Source of the DNA: Candidatus Saganbacteria bacterium
GTDB taxonomy: Bacteria > Margulisbacteria > WOR-1 > XYC2-FULL-46-14 > WPAF01
DNA length: 64,000 nt
Assembly (NCBI GenBank): GCA_009772965.1
Contig: WPAF01000007.1
Coordinates: 14,379 to 78,378 of the forward strand
Direction: 5' to 3'
The translations under genes were made by a program, and so were the position numbers. Of the stretch, positions 48,601-57,655 are shown in pieces. Below the pieces are notes generated by a model, which saw only the letters and a program-made list of their open reading frames with translations, had not been told where the DNA came from and searched no databases. Every line of letters starts with the position of its first letter. The first letter of the stretch is position 1.

Positions 48601-50496
48601 AATTACCCTGCAAACCTAGCGATGCACTTTGTTGATAAAAACTTTGATGACATTATTAAATACTTGGAAATTAATCATGCCGGAAAGGCATTTATTCAAT
48701 CTTTATTAAAAGGCGAAATATCTCTAAAAGTGTCATATGCCCAGAGCGGCAAAGAGCCAATCAAGGTAAAAATTCAGGTTGTGGGGAGCGATGGAATAAT
48801 TAGGGACATAAACAATGAAGAGTTGAGTGCCCTGCAAGCGATTTATAAAAAATTGTCTCCTACTCAACAGCCAACCCCGGAATATTTAGCGGCATGGTTT
48901 AACGCTTATTCTAAACAAAACTTTCGGACAAAGAGCAAAACAATATGGGGTAAGGCAATTGTTTTAAAAGCTATTAAGCGGGCGAAGAATTACCGAAATG
49001 TACCTAAAAACATACAAACCAAGCATCGACAATTTATTAGAGGATTATATTCAATTTTTAGTTCAAAAAAATTGTCAAGAGCAATTGATTCGGGGAGGAT
49101 CAATGCAATATTTGATGCGGTTTTTGGTTTGTTATTTGGAAAAGTTAATATGAAGGATTTACAAAAATTCTTAAAACTAAACCCAAACAATTTTGACGTT
49201 TGGGCAATTTTAATGATTTATAATCTGGTTAAAAACGAGAAAAATAAAAGAATACAACTTGCATTGATTAACATGGCGACAGGGAGTATGAATCAAACAT
49301 TACAGAAAGCGGGAGGGAGATTTGAATTAAGTATTGAGTTTACAAAATTTGAAGCGTATCAGTTGTTGACTGCGGTATTGCTTTGTCAAGAAGCTGAAAA
49401 AAATATGCCGCCTGTTCCAGCTCCTACTCCTGCGCCTATGCCTAAGGTGTCAAGTCCAGCTCCCGCAGCACCCGTAATGCCAGCTAGGACAGCGCCACCC
49501 ATACCTGCAGAAAAAACTGTACCGGCGGCTCAAGCAAAAGCACTAGTGGATGAAACATGGGGAAATTTTAACCTGTTTGAGAGAGTTGTTGGCAGATTGA
49601 AAACGCAAGAAGCTTTAGATTTAGCTTCCGGCGGAAGAGTTAAAATGGGAGATCAAAATGCGTTGGATGCTTTAGTTTATGGGCAGAGAAGAGAAATTCA
49701 AGCGCTGGTTAGGCCTATTTTGGCATTAACCGCGCAAGGTAAGCCAGTTTCAGAAAAAATGATCCAAGATCTGCAAGCGAAAAAACAACAATTGAATAAT
49801 AGCAGAGAAAAAATTTCAGATGTTTTATCAAATAGATTTGACCAATACTCAAAATTAATCGTTGGGTTAAAAGAGCTATATGTTAGAGTAAAAACTTCGA
49901 ATCCAGAATTGGCAGTACAGCTTAAACAAGCACATGATGAGTATGTTAAACAAGTGAAAAATCCTGAGAGTATAGAAGCTTACAATGAAAAAAGAAAAGC
50001 TCTTGAAAATATTATTAAGAAAGCAAAGATAATTCCCGTTGCAGCGGCTTCCTCGGCATCGCCAACTGTAAAAAAGCCCGCGGTAGCCAAAGCAGCGCTA
50101 AAGCCTGTAGTATCTGGCTCAACACTGAAGATTACGCCAAGTTCTTCAGATGTATCGCCTGCTTCAACGACAGGGCAAGAAAGTTGGCATGCTCGGTTAG
50201 AAAAGCTTGCTAAAGCAAATGAAGAAGTACGGCTAGATTTAGAAGCATATCGAAACCATGAAAGAAAAATCAATGAATTGGACAAACGCATACAAGAAAT
50301 AGAATTGCGATTAAAAACACTTCATGACTTGAAACAAGATTATAAAAATAAGGGAAGAATAACGCCTAAAAGTATTCTTGGAAGAATAGAAAACAATACA
50401 ATAGAAAGAGGCAAGCTTATGCAATCATATCAAACATGGTTTAAAAGCCGCGAAAGACTAAAAAGAAGCCTTGATAGTGTTTTATCAAATCAATAA
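45676..50496 (+). CDS. Very large hypothetical protein (~1606 aa) with an HExxH motif, Pro/Ala-rich linkers and a C-terminal coiled-coil module shared with the downstream 391-aa paralog
   Basis: Continuous ORF. RBS GAGGGAGG before the ATG at 45676 (the track's 45631 start is upstream alternate-frame extension). HEAAH at nt 48298..48312. Pro-rich tracts around 46540-46850 and 49405-49520. The last ~100 aa align with the C-terminus of 51884..53059. Confidence 0.6.
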   Translation: MTTPANNLEQIKSAWNNFFRVNIAKQNTEILNKIVEVLKNNDSKQWIIYVKKDVQGKIQLCKQGDTGAIKIDLHDGLSVAEAKTLGIDITRGINKIAAHGWRLDKEKGIQQGPGAQVIDGNEVVKFDQAIREYASAKGWTFEEAQKAYYSREIQFGRQDLVLQAKNREAAYKTLVEKTKNCKKYDEFIKVIKSEFGIKSEQNPILLNLYNLHELKKIGFKDAEQRAKAAALVIKFASASQTSKQFQEEVLGLPAPIKTRYEGQMALPSIIAWAKAAQEYEQAKEEDSAATIPGDSIPPIEPQADNPPLSMVGKGAPRVPEGQGLKMQPLNRREYVRDLSQQSTNLRIDRQNDASPAAPNSAPKPDPSKPSSTPAAGSRPASPAAAPQLITTNSNAVQKIVECQAPIRQIEVLRKTSEQYHARLKRLKKQIQRAGKNTKKQRRLIQQYNQNVDRYRAINERWRELAAVLENSTKAVFTYIQEIYFNAFMAASPTREAAAKWNAFVRMLESAQVNYREINLFIRLSNPRLSKEDRNLLFNFYAKKDNKLEAAVRQRIITAWRESVDSYNGWHGRNYHISASVFLDIVSQQSGILRNERILGKIFKGKLTEVLTVVGPQEMRRLLGLSKEELFREIDIASKESSSYPIGSSSKILAMKRLGDLHAIAYARGFSLFDYNYQHFIKELPGLENQDYRLVSFFNEVAESHEKTDDAKYRQEFSKYLTSVFERYLKLPVNQYDKRILFLKLLSTLYAMALKIGISKEEFNKIYASAKDKIRPPVSGGQNINTLAELKTRIPISVGSNGLPQEVVAILRATGDYALVAKNLNEIIFTNNIHSGPLGIKPQGLALSAFGIVVIDAVNERGKIRSAWEIAAILVHEAAHVLWFKNVQGLLLSSTPDERNAFLATKNFLDKYLQNNKSIDRNTKQEILRYIALNKYAVMGANYALGYEQNNMQVNLYQQMPVMREGLPKPEDLDLENYPANLAMHFVDKNFDDIIKYLEINHAGKAFIQSLLKGEISLKVSYAQSGKEPIKVKIQVVGSDGIIRDINNEELSALQAIYKKLSPTQQPTPEYLAAWFNAYSKQNFRTKSKTIWGKAIVLKAIKRAKNYRNVPKNIQTKHRQFIRGLYSIFSSKKLSRAIDSGRINAIFDAVFGLLFGKVNMKDLQKFLKLNPNNFDVWAILMIYNLVKNEKNKRIQLALINMATGSMNQTLQKAGGRFELSIEFTKFEAYQLLTAVLLCQEAEKNMPPVPAPTPAPMPKVSSPAPAAPVMPARTAPPIPAEKTVPAAQAKALVDETWGNFNLFERVVGRLKTQEALDLASGGRVKMGDQNALDALVYGQRREIQALVRPILALTAQGKPVSEKMIQDLQAKKQQLNNSREKISDVLSNRFDQYSKLIVGLKELYVRVKTSNPELAVQLKQAHDEYVKQVKNPESIEAYNEKRKALENIIKKAKIIPVAAASSASPTVKKPAVAKAALKPVVSGSTLKITPSSSDVSPASTTGQESWHARLEKLAKANEEVRLDLEAYRNHERKINELDKRIQEIELRLKTLHDLKQDYKNKGRITPKSILGRIENNTIERGKLMQSYQTWFKSRERLKRSLDSVLSNQ

Positions 50497-50526
50497 CTTA
50501 GCATACGCACAATGCGTAAAAATCGG

Positions 50527-50554
50527 TTGACAGTCCAATAATTACGGCTATAAT
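50527..50554 (+). promoter_or_regulatory. Consensus sigma70-like promoter TTGACA-N16-TATAAT, reading rightward and antisense into the transposase gene
   Basis: Read directly. -35 at 50527..50532, -10 at 50549..50554. Confidence 0.5.
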
Positions 50555-50565
50555 TTACCTAGTGA

Positions 50566-51597
50566 TCAGTGAACAACCCCAGACGTAAGTCTGGGGTTGT
50601 TCACTTGCTTGTTGTTTTCTATCTTGTCCTTCCTGGCTCGCTTTGTGGAATATTCATAAATGACACTTTCTTGCTTAAAGATATTTTTGTCCGTTCTCCC
50701 CAACATTGAGGCAATATTACGAACCTCTTCAAGATTAAGCCCTCCCATGCGAGCTCCTACAACGTAATCAATTTTATGGTTTTCAAGCTGAGTTAAATTT
50801 TCAACACTTAACATTGCTGCGTCAGCTATCACTGTAATTTGATCCATATGATATTTTCTCTTAAGTCCTAGGATCACGGGAAGTATTGTTTTGCCTTCGA
50901 AGGTATTTCCTTTGAAAATATCGTAACAAATGGGGAACCCGATTTCATTGACCACCAAGCCGATTAAGATCTGGGGCTGGTTGATCTTATTGTCTTTTGA
51001 AAAACCATTTAACCTAAAATCATCCTCATTATGGGTTTCAAAATAGAGCGTGGTTACGTCATAAAATACCAATGAAAAATTAAAGCCGAGATTGTTTTTG
51101 GCATATTTTGTTGCCAGGTGTTCAACCTTTTCTTTTAGGCTGGGGAGTTTAGCCAGCTTCCTAAACACTGTCGTTCTTTTGTATTCGATATTAAAGTACT
51201 TATTAAGAAGCATGATCGATTTTGTCTTGGAGGCAGGCTCTAAAACCCTGATGATGGCAAAATGTTTAAGCACATCATTTTTTAGGCAATTAAAACCAAG
51301 CTGCTGATATATGTTTTCTAAATATTCGGAAGCTGTTTCAAGGATGCTTTTTTCTACCTTGATTCCACGCTTAAAGAGAATTTCTTTCGATTGGGGGTTA
51401 AAATCAAATCTTAGTTGTGCTGAGTTGGAATTAACGTATTCATTTGTAATCCCAATCAATTCATCGATCTTATGAATATCTTTGGAAGATCCGATATGTT
51501 TTTCAAGGATGAATCTTTTTCCCTTGTAGAACCCGACTTGAATTGCAGTGCTACCGGAGCTGGTTTTTACTTTTCTGACCCTGTAGTGTGGTTTCAC
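50566..51597 (-). mobile_element. IS4/IS1634-family DDE transposase, C-terminally truncated (likely IS remnant)
   Basis: N-terminus MKPHYRVRKVKTSSGSTAIQV resembles IS1634-type transposases. First D in LVFYDVTTLYFE and second D in ITVIADAAMLS are present. The ORF ends at 343 aa before the expected E of the DDE triad. Confidence 0.6.
50569..50604. repeat. Perfect hairpin with a 16-bp stem and 4-nt loop (GTGAACAACCCCAGAC gtaa GTCTGGGGTTGTTCAC), overlapping the transposase C-terminal codons
   Basis: Read directly. Lies ~10 nt downstream of the predicted start site of the outward promoter. Confidence 0.7.
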
Positions 51598-51752
51598 ACT
51601 ACTTTTTTATATCATTTCCCTCGTTAAATCAAGGCTTTTGTCCCTAATCCCGAAAAACGGGAAACTCAGGAATTTTTACCCTGGCAGCAATTCCTCTCGC
51701 AAATTGAACCAACATAACCCCGCAACCCTGCTACCTTGCTACCATGTCTTGT

Positions 51753-51840
51753 CCATGCAAGTTTTCCCCATCTTATGCCGATGATTAATATGTATATGGG
51801 CTGAAATTTTGTCTTAAAACAGCCGATATATATAATGAAA
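51753..51840 (+). promoter_or_regulatory. Second copy of the CCATGCAAGTTTTC ... CGATATATATAATGAAA upstream motif pair, 44 nt before the paralog start
   Basis: See 45589..45631. Here the two boxes are separated by ~57 nt instead of 13. Confidence 0.45.
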
Positions 51841-51883
51841 GGATCCATAAGAGATCTGTACATTCCCTTAGAGGAGGAAAAAA

Positions 51884-53059
51884 ATGAGCGAACCTAATAA
51901 AATTGAATCCAAGCTAACCCCGGTATATGTGCCCCAAAAGCCCAAAACAACTAAAGAAATTGCAAAAGACTACCAACCAAAGGATGTTGTAGATATTGGG
52001 AACGGCGTAACCATGAAAATCCCAAAAGAAGTCCAGAAAAAAATTGATAAAACAGCAGAAAAAATCCAAGAAAATGAAAGACAAGAAATCGAACGAAGAA
52101 GCGATGTAACGGATATGGTTGCCTATGACACTGCACAAATAAGCTCAAAAGCCGCTAAAGCCCTTAAGGCAACTGAGGATTTTATTAATGACAGGAAGCT
52201 TGTTGCCCGACAAACTACAGAAAGTAAACCTGCCGTAAAAAAAGTAAATTGGAAATGGCAGCCTTTTCTTCTTGGTTCAAAAAAGAAAACCGTCCCGGCC
52301 CCGTCAGCGCCGCCGGTAAAAATTAAAGCCCCGCCAGCTTATTCAACATTTACACTGGAAGCCGGCACAAGGGAACGAGAAACAACTGCTTTTGAAAAAG
52401 AAGAAATTCCAACCACAAAAGATACTAGTGTTGATGGAAAGAAACTTACCACAGCTTTATCAAGGCCAACCAACGCAACAATTCCTGGTGGATTAGACAC
52501 AACTAAAACAGATGATATTACTTCACGAGCCGGGAAATTGGCGGCTAAAAAAGTTCCATCCCCGCCAGCTATTGCTCTACCTCCTCTTGATTCAAAAACT
52601 ATAGCGACGCCAGCTCTAAAACCGGCTCCGAAACCTACACTAGCGCCAAAAGTAATTCAACGCGTTGTTGGAAAAAGAGATCAATATCAGGTGCCTGGAC
52701 AGGTGACAGGATCCCTTCTAGGAGTCGAACAATTGAAAAAAACTTGGGATGAAAAAATATTGGAACTTGCCAGGACAAACGGAGAAGTAAAGCTAGATTT
52801 GGAAGCATATCGTAATAATGTAAAAACAGTCAGCGGATTAAGAACGGCTATAAAAGAAAAAGAAAGAAAATTAGAAAACTTTATTGAACTTCAAAATAGG
52901 CGTGAGCAAGAGGGAAAGCGGCCATCTGATGCAATTGGGAGACGAATCGTCCTCCTGAAAAAAGAAATAGCCCAGCTTGCTCAAAGATATGAGGTTTGGG
53001 TAAGAAGCCAGCGGAAATTAAAAGATGCACTTGATAAAGCTCTGGAGGATGGCAACTAA
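51884..53059 (+). CDS. Hypothetical Lys/Pro/Ala-rich protein (391 aa), paralogous at its C-terminus to the giant protein
   Basis: RBS AGAGGAGG. Its C-terminal TWDEKILELARTNGEVKLDLEAYRNN... aligns with ESWHARLEKLAKANEEVRLDLEAYRNH... of the giant protein along ~100 aa. Confidence 0.5.
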   Translation: MSEPNKIESKLTPVYVPQKPKTTKEIAKDYQPKDVVDIGNGVTMKIPKEVQKKIDKTAEKIQENERQEIERRSDVTDMVAYDTAQISSKAAKALKATEDFINDRKLVARQTTESKPAVKKVNWKWQPFLLGSKKKTVPAPSAPPVKIKAPPAYSTFTLEAGTRERETTAFEKEEIPTTKDTSVDGKKLTTALSRPTNATIPGGLDTTKTDDITSRAGKLAAKKVPSPPAIALPPLDSKTIATPALKPAPKPTLAPKVIQRVVGKRDQYQVPGQVTGSLLGVEQLKKTWDEKILELARTNGEVKLDLEAYRNNVKTVSGLRTAIKEKERKLENFIELQNRREQEGKRPSDAIGRRIVLLKKEIAQLAQRYEVWVRSQRKLKDALDKALEDGN

Positions 53060-53108
53060 TACAAATTGCGCAACCCGCGCCTTGCCTGCCGGCAGGTTGC
53101 AAATGTTC

Positions 53109-53978
53109 CTATTTATATCGACTAGCTTCTTCCTGAAGCAGATTGCATGTATTGTAGGGTTGCTTGGGAGTATGAAATTTCCGGTAATGTTCTTCCGCTT
53201 CCCTTATTGTTTGCCTGCATTTTTCGGTTTTATTGTCTTTACAGTCAATCCCAAGCCGGGGAAAATATTGGAAGCACTGGTTTTCCTTGTTATTTCTATC
53301 AATTGCCAAAGCTTTGTTAGCATATTTAAGCGACATTGCATATTCGCCAATTCTTGTGTAGATTAAACCCATAAGACGGTAAAGATCTGAATGCTTAAAA
53401 TATTTCTCAGCTTTATTTAAAATTTTAATTGTTTCCTCATATTTATTTTTATCTGTCTTGAAAGAGGAAAATATAAATAAGATAAATCCTCTTAACCGAT
53501 TTGCAGTAATTTTATAAGGTTGTGTTTTTTTTATTGCTTGGTAACTAAATACATTGGGGCGCTGGTCTGTGCAAGCAATTTTTTTATAACATGCTACCAT
53601 ATGCCTATTGCCCAAATACCCAAAAACCGGCCAATTTAACTCATGAGCTATAAATATATAAATAAGCGCCAAGGAATAACATTCTAAAGTTTTAATGTTA
53701 AGCTGTTTGGCTAAACCTGGTAAGTCAGTGGTATTATAGTTGAGCCTATGCTTGTTTAATATTTCTCTAACTAGGGCGAGTAATTGCGCGGGAGATGGGG
53801 TGATTTTTGCTTTTTTATAAGCCTTGAGCTTTTCTTTGACATCAGAAAGGATAATCCATAATTGCTCGCAGGCCAACCGCATTTCCGCTTTTGGGACTTC
53901 CGTAGCTTCAAGCGTAAAAAGCCGGCCGGTCACCGGATTATTGCTTTTAAAACCTAACACTGGACTGCAAACTGTCAT
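53109..53978 (-). CDS. Hypothetical protein with C-terminal TPR-like helices
   Basis: 289-aa ORF. The YANKALAIDRNN-type helical repeat is a weak impression only. Confidence 0.3.
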   Translation of the reverse strand: MTVCSPVLGFKSNNPVTGRLFTLEATEVPKAEMRLACEQLWIILSDVKEKLKAYKKAKITPSPAQLLALVREILNKHRLNYNTTDLPGLAKQLNIKTLECYSLALIYIFIAHELNWPVFGYLGNRHMVACYKKIACTDQRPNVFSYQAIKKTQPYKITANRLRGFILFIFSSFKTDKNKYEETIKILNKAEKYFKHSDLYRLMGLIYTRIGEYAMSLKYANKALAIDRNNKENQCFQYFPRLGIDCKDNKTEKCRQTIREAEEHYRKFHTPKQPYNTCNLLQEEASRYK

Positions 53979-54116
53979 TTGTTCCCCTTTCTATTTGTTT
54001 GTCCGATAAATAGTAGATAAATTTCACGGAAAATGAAATTTCCGCTGGTTTTTGACGATAATATACTAGAGGGAAATGAATCCCCCTCAATATATGAGTA
54101 GCGAGGTGACTGCCAA

Positions 54117-55052
54117 ATGAATACAACTTTACCATTAGGAAATCTAAAAACACCGCAGCTTGCCTGTCAAGCCCCGCCGCATATTTATCCAGGGCAAAAA
54201 ATTGGCAGTTCTTACATTATCAAAGGAAAAATTGCTGAAGGGGGAATGGGTGTGGTTTATAAAGCTTTTGATGAACAAGGGAATCCGGCAGCCGTAAAAA
54301 TTGCTGTTTTTGGCACGGAATGGTTTAAAAGAGAACAAGAAATCTTAAGAAGACTTGAAGGAAATCCACATGTCCCGCAATTATTAGAAGTGCCAGTTAC
54401 AAACAACAATTATTATGTTATGCAGTTTATTGACGGGATCACATTGCATGATGAGATTGAAATAAACGGGAAAATTTCTTTGCCAAAAGCCATGGATTTA
54501 ATGGCCCAAATTTGTTTCGGTTTAAAACTGGCGGCAGAAAAAAATATATGCCACAGGGACATTAAACCGGAAAATATTATGCTAACAAATGAAGGGAAAT
54601 CTTTTATAATCGACTTTGGCATAGGCAAGATTGGGAACAGCAATGGCGGGAATTACGGTACTGCACTGTTTTCTTCGCCGCAACAGATGAAGGGCGAGCC
54701 TACTGGCCACCGAGATGATATTTATAGCTTGGGAGTCGTTTTTTATTGCATGCTTAGCGGACATTCTCAACCCTTTATCTGCGCAAATAACGATGATGCG
54801 CTTTATATTGAAAAAACTACTACCGATTTACCTCCTATCAAGATTAAATTCCCGACATTGAAAGATCGGGTTAATAGTATGCTTAAAAAAATGCTGGCGG
54901 TATCCAGGGAAGAAAGATGCCAAACTTATGAGGAGATTCTTGAGGCAATTGAAGAAATTAAAGGAGAAATAAAAAAATTAGAGGAACAGGAACAAGCAAT
55001 TAGAAAAGCTTCTATAATAGCAACACTCAGGGAGAAAAAGCGTGACACGTAA
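54117..55052 (+). CDS. Hanks-type Ser/Thr protein kinase (predicted active), cytoplasmic
   Basis: GxGxxG-like loop EGGMGVVYKA, AVKIA lysine, catalytic loop HRDIKPENIML, DFGIGK. No TM segment. Confidence 0.85.
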   Translation: MNTTLPLGNLKTPQLACQAPPHIYPGQKIGSSYIIKGKIAEGGMGVVYKAFDEQGNPAAVKIAVFGTEWFKREQEILRRLEGNPHVPQLLEVPVTNNNYYVMQFIDGITLHDEIEINGKISLPKAMDLMAQICFGLKLAAEKNICHRDIKPENIMLTNEGKSFIIDFGIGKIGNSNGGNYGTALFSSPQQMKGEPTGHRDDIYSLGVVFYCMLSGHSQPFICANNDDALYIEKTTTDLPPIKIKFPTLKDRVNSMLKKMLAVSREERCQTYEEILEAIEEIKGEIKKLEEQEQAIRKASIIATLREKKRDT

Positions 55053-55092
55053 TTCGTAACGCGTTTCGTATTACGCAACCCGTATTACGGAT
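55044..55092. repeat. CGTAATTCGTAACGCGTT-containing imperfect palindromic element, same family as 45525..45552. It overlaps the kinase stop codon
   Basis: Shares the 18-mer cgtaattcgtaacgcgtt with the element after argB. Confidence 0.55.
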
Positions 55093-55140
55093 AATTGAAA
55101 ATACATTGAAATCTACAACAAAATTAGCAGAAAAGATATC

Positions 55141-55893
55141 ATGCAAGCATACAAACTTGGCATGGGGCAGATAATCAGCAGAATTGGGAATATCGCTTTT
55201 TCAAAAAATCCAACCGTACTAAGGGTTAGGGTTGCGGGGAAATGGGATGAATTAACTGAATTATCTTTTGATGACCTTCATAAAACGCTTGGCACAGCAA
55301 GACAAGTAAACCAAGATTTAATAATGGCAGTTGGCGTCGAACATTTACCGCAACAAATCCTGGAGCCCATTAAAACCCTCGGCTTTGAAAATGAATTTAG
55401 GCAATTTTGCCGATGCTTGGCGTTTTGTTCCTCTATATCTATTTCTGCCACACAACAGCCTTTAATAGGGTTTGTTTTTGATAATCAATTCAGGGATTCC
55501 CTATTTACTCTACAGCAAGGAGAAATTGATTTGCTTTCAAAGCCAAATTTTATTCCAGAGATAGAAAGGACGCTTTTCCTAAATGCATTTGATAGTGACG
55601 GCAAGCTTTTGTCTGCTATTGATCAGGTTGTATCAATATTGAATCTTGTCGGTTACTTAAGAAGCTATTCTCTTGGGCAGGAACATGGGATTGAATTAGA
55701 ATATTATCCCAGACGCTATTTGGCCACACTCTATCAAAGCAAAATAATTCGACAATTTATAGAAAACAATAAAAATGCTTTAGCCCAAGAACTACAAAAT
55801 CGGTGGCTCCCCCACATAAGTAATGAATTATATTCTTTAGCAAGTTTGTATTCTGAGCAAGAACAAGCACTTTATAACAGATTAATTGGATAA
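55141..55893 (+). CDS. Hypothetical protein
   Basis: 250-aa ORF, no recognisable motif. Confidence 0.35.
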   Translation: MQAYKLGMGQIISRIGNIAFSKNPTVLRVRVAGKWDELTELSFDDLHKTLGTARQVNQDLIMAVGVEHLPQQILEPIKTLGFENEFRQFCRCLAFCSSISISATQQPLIGFVFDNQFRDSLFTLQQGEIDLLSKPNFIPEIERTLFLNAFDSDGKLLSAIDQVVSILNLVGYLRSYSLGQEHGIELEYYPRRYLATLYQSKIIRQFIENNKNALAQELQNRWLPHISNELYSLASLYSEQEQALYNRLIG

Positions 55894-55923
55894 ACCTGCT
55901 TATTTCGTGCTAGAATAATTCTA

Positions 55924-57144
55924 ATGAAATATCTTGTAATAATCGGCGACGGCATGTCAGATTACCCGTTAAAAGAGTTAAATAACAAAACCCCGCTTGA
56001 GTATGCTAACACCCCAAATATGGATTATTTAGCCCAAAACGGCGAATGCGGATGGGTGCAGAATATCCCTGAAGGCATGAACCCGGGATCAGATGTTGCC
56101 GCAATGTCCATTTTTGGCTATGACCCAAAAAAGTTTTACTCGGGGAGAGGGCCGCTTGAGGCCGCGTCGCTTGGCATAAAACTTGGCAAAGGGGACGTTG
56201 CCTTCCGCTGTAATTTTGTCACTGTAAAAGACGGCAGGATGAAAGATTTTACCTCCGGCCATATTTCAACCAAAGAAGCAATTGAGATAATTAAAACTTT
56301 AAACAAAAAACTGGGTTCAAAAGCGGTAAAATTTTATCCCGGGCTCTCGTATCGGCATATTATTGTTATATCCGGCTGTGATGAGCTTATAAAATCTTAT
56401 TGTGTGCCGCCGCATGATATTACCGGCAAAATGATTGAGGAGTATTTCCCTCTCGGTCCCGGAGCCGATTTGATTAAGTATTTGATGAAAGAATCTATAA
56501 TGCCGTTATTGGAGCATCCGGTAAACATTAAAAGAATTAAAGAAGGGAAAAACCCGGTAAGCATGATTTGGATGTGGGGGCAGGGGGTAGCGCCTAAAAT
56601 AGAGACCTTTAAAAAAAGATATAAAAAAGTTGGAGCAGTAATTACTGCTGTCCATTTGCTCAAAGGTTTGGGCAAGGCGCTGGGATTAGACGTGATAAAT
56701 GTGCCGGGAGCAACCGGATTTTTGGATACGAATTTTAAAGGAAAAGCAGAATACGCGCTAAGGGCTTTAAAAAAGCATGATTTGGTTTTTGTCCATATTG
56801 AAGCGCCGGATGAGGCGGGGCATATGGGCGATGTTAAAGGAAAAATAAAAGCTATCGAAGATATTGATAACCTTGTGCTGGGAACCATTTTAGAAAAAAT
56901 AAGAGGGGATAAAAATATCAGGATACTATTGCTGCCTGACCACCCGACGCCTATTTCACTAATGACCCATTCCTCAGATCCTGTGCCGTTTGTGATATTT
57001 CCCGGTAAAAGAAACAATGAAATCCATGGTTTTAACGAGAGGGAAATTAAAAACTCCAAACTATTGGTTAAGCAAGGGTATAAATTGATTAATAAGCTTT
57101 TAGTCTCTCACTCGCGCTCCCATAAAGGCGCTGCTACGCGATAG
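55924..57144 (+). CDS. apgM: Cofactor-independent phosphoglycerate mutase, archaeal type
   Basis: MKYLVIIGDGMSDYP N-terminus, metal-binding HIEAPDEAGH, C-terminal LLLPDHPTP; 406 aa. Confidence 0.85.
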   Translation: MKYLVIIGDGMSDYPLKELNNKTPLEYANTPNMDYLAQNGECGWVQNIPEGMNPGSDVAAMSIFGYDPKKFYSGRGPLEAASLGIKLGKGDVAFRCNFVTVKDGRMKDFTSGHISTKEAIEIIKTLNKKLGSKAVKFYPGLSYRHIIVISGCDELIKSYCVPPHDITGKMIEEYFPLGPGADLIKYLMKESIMPLLEHPVNIKRIKEGKNPVSMIWMWGQGVAPKIETFKKRYKKVGAVITAVHLLKGLGKALGLDVINVPGATGFLDTNFKGKAEYALRALKKHDLVFVHIEAPDEAGHMGDVKGKIKAIEDIDNLVLGTILEKIRGDKNIRILLLPDHPTPISLMTHSSDPVPFVIFPGKRNNEIHGFNEREIKNSKLLVKQGYKLINKLLVSHSRSHKGAATR

Positions 57145-57334
57145 CTCCAGACGTCTTGCTCTGCATCCACATATCTGGGAGCTGAGTGAAGTCGAAGCGC
57201 AAGCATAAAAAGCCGTGCTTTCAATGCACAATAAATTGTGCTATAATTGATATGTTGTTGATATATTTGTTGTTGTAGCGGTAAATATCTAATTGGAACA
57301 AAACTTGTTATCATTGACTAAAGAGGTGGTAAAT

Positions 57335-57655
57335 ATGGAACAAAAAGTAATTGAATCTACGAGCCAGCCGATTGAAATTCTTCCCTATATGCTGGGCAAG
57401 AGGAAGCTAAAAAATAAAGAAGCCTCAAAAATAGATATTTTTGAAAAAGGGCTTCAAAATGAAATCAAAAAGACAGACACGATAAACAGTGCAATAACTA
57501 AAATTGTGCGCATGGCGCTTGCTTGCGAGTATGGCGCGGCATTGGCTAAGTCAAAAGGGGCTGACCAGATGATTAATGCCATAGTCGCCGGCATTTTATC
57601 GGATCAAGACCTCAGAAAGCAGGCCTTGTTTATTATTGACCGCTTTGCGGCATGA
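57335..57655 (+). CDS. Hypothetical small protein preceding the NtrC-like regulator
   Basis: ATG at 57335 with RBS AGAGGTGG. Stop overlaps the regulator start (ATGA). The track's 57293 start is a TTG extension. Confidence 0.35.
   Translation: MEQKVIESTSQPIEILPYMLGKRKLKNKEASKIDIFEKGLQNEIKKTDTINSAITKIVRMALACEYGAALAKSKGADQMINAIVAGILSDQDLRKQALFIIDRFAA

Noticed and set aside
53109-53978. Possible transglutaminase-like cysteine protease core (C...H) in the TPR-like hypothetical protein
   Set aside because: It rests only on a vague resemblance of ECYSLALIYIFIAHEL to Cys/His-containing cores. There is no convincing catalytic triad spacing, so it is left as hypothetical.
57145-57190. Imperfect inverted repeat AGCTCCAGACGTC...ATATCTGGGAGCT after apgM
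   Set aside because: It could be a terminator hairpin, but the stem is imperfect and not followed by a T-run. That is not strong enough to call as a feature.
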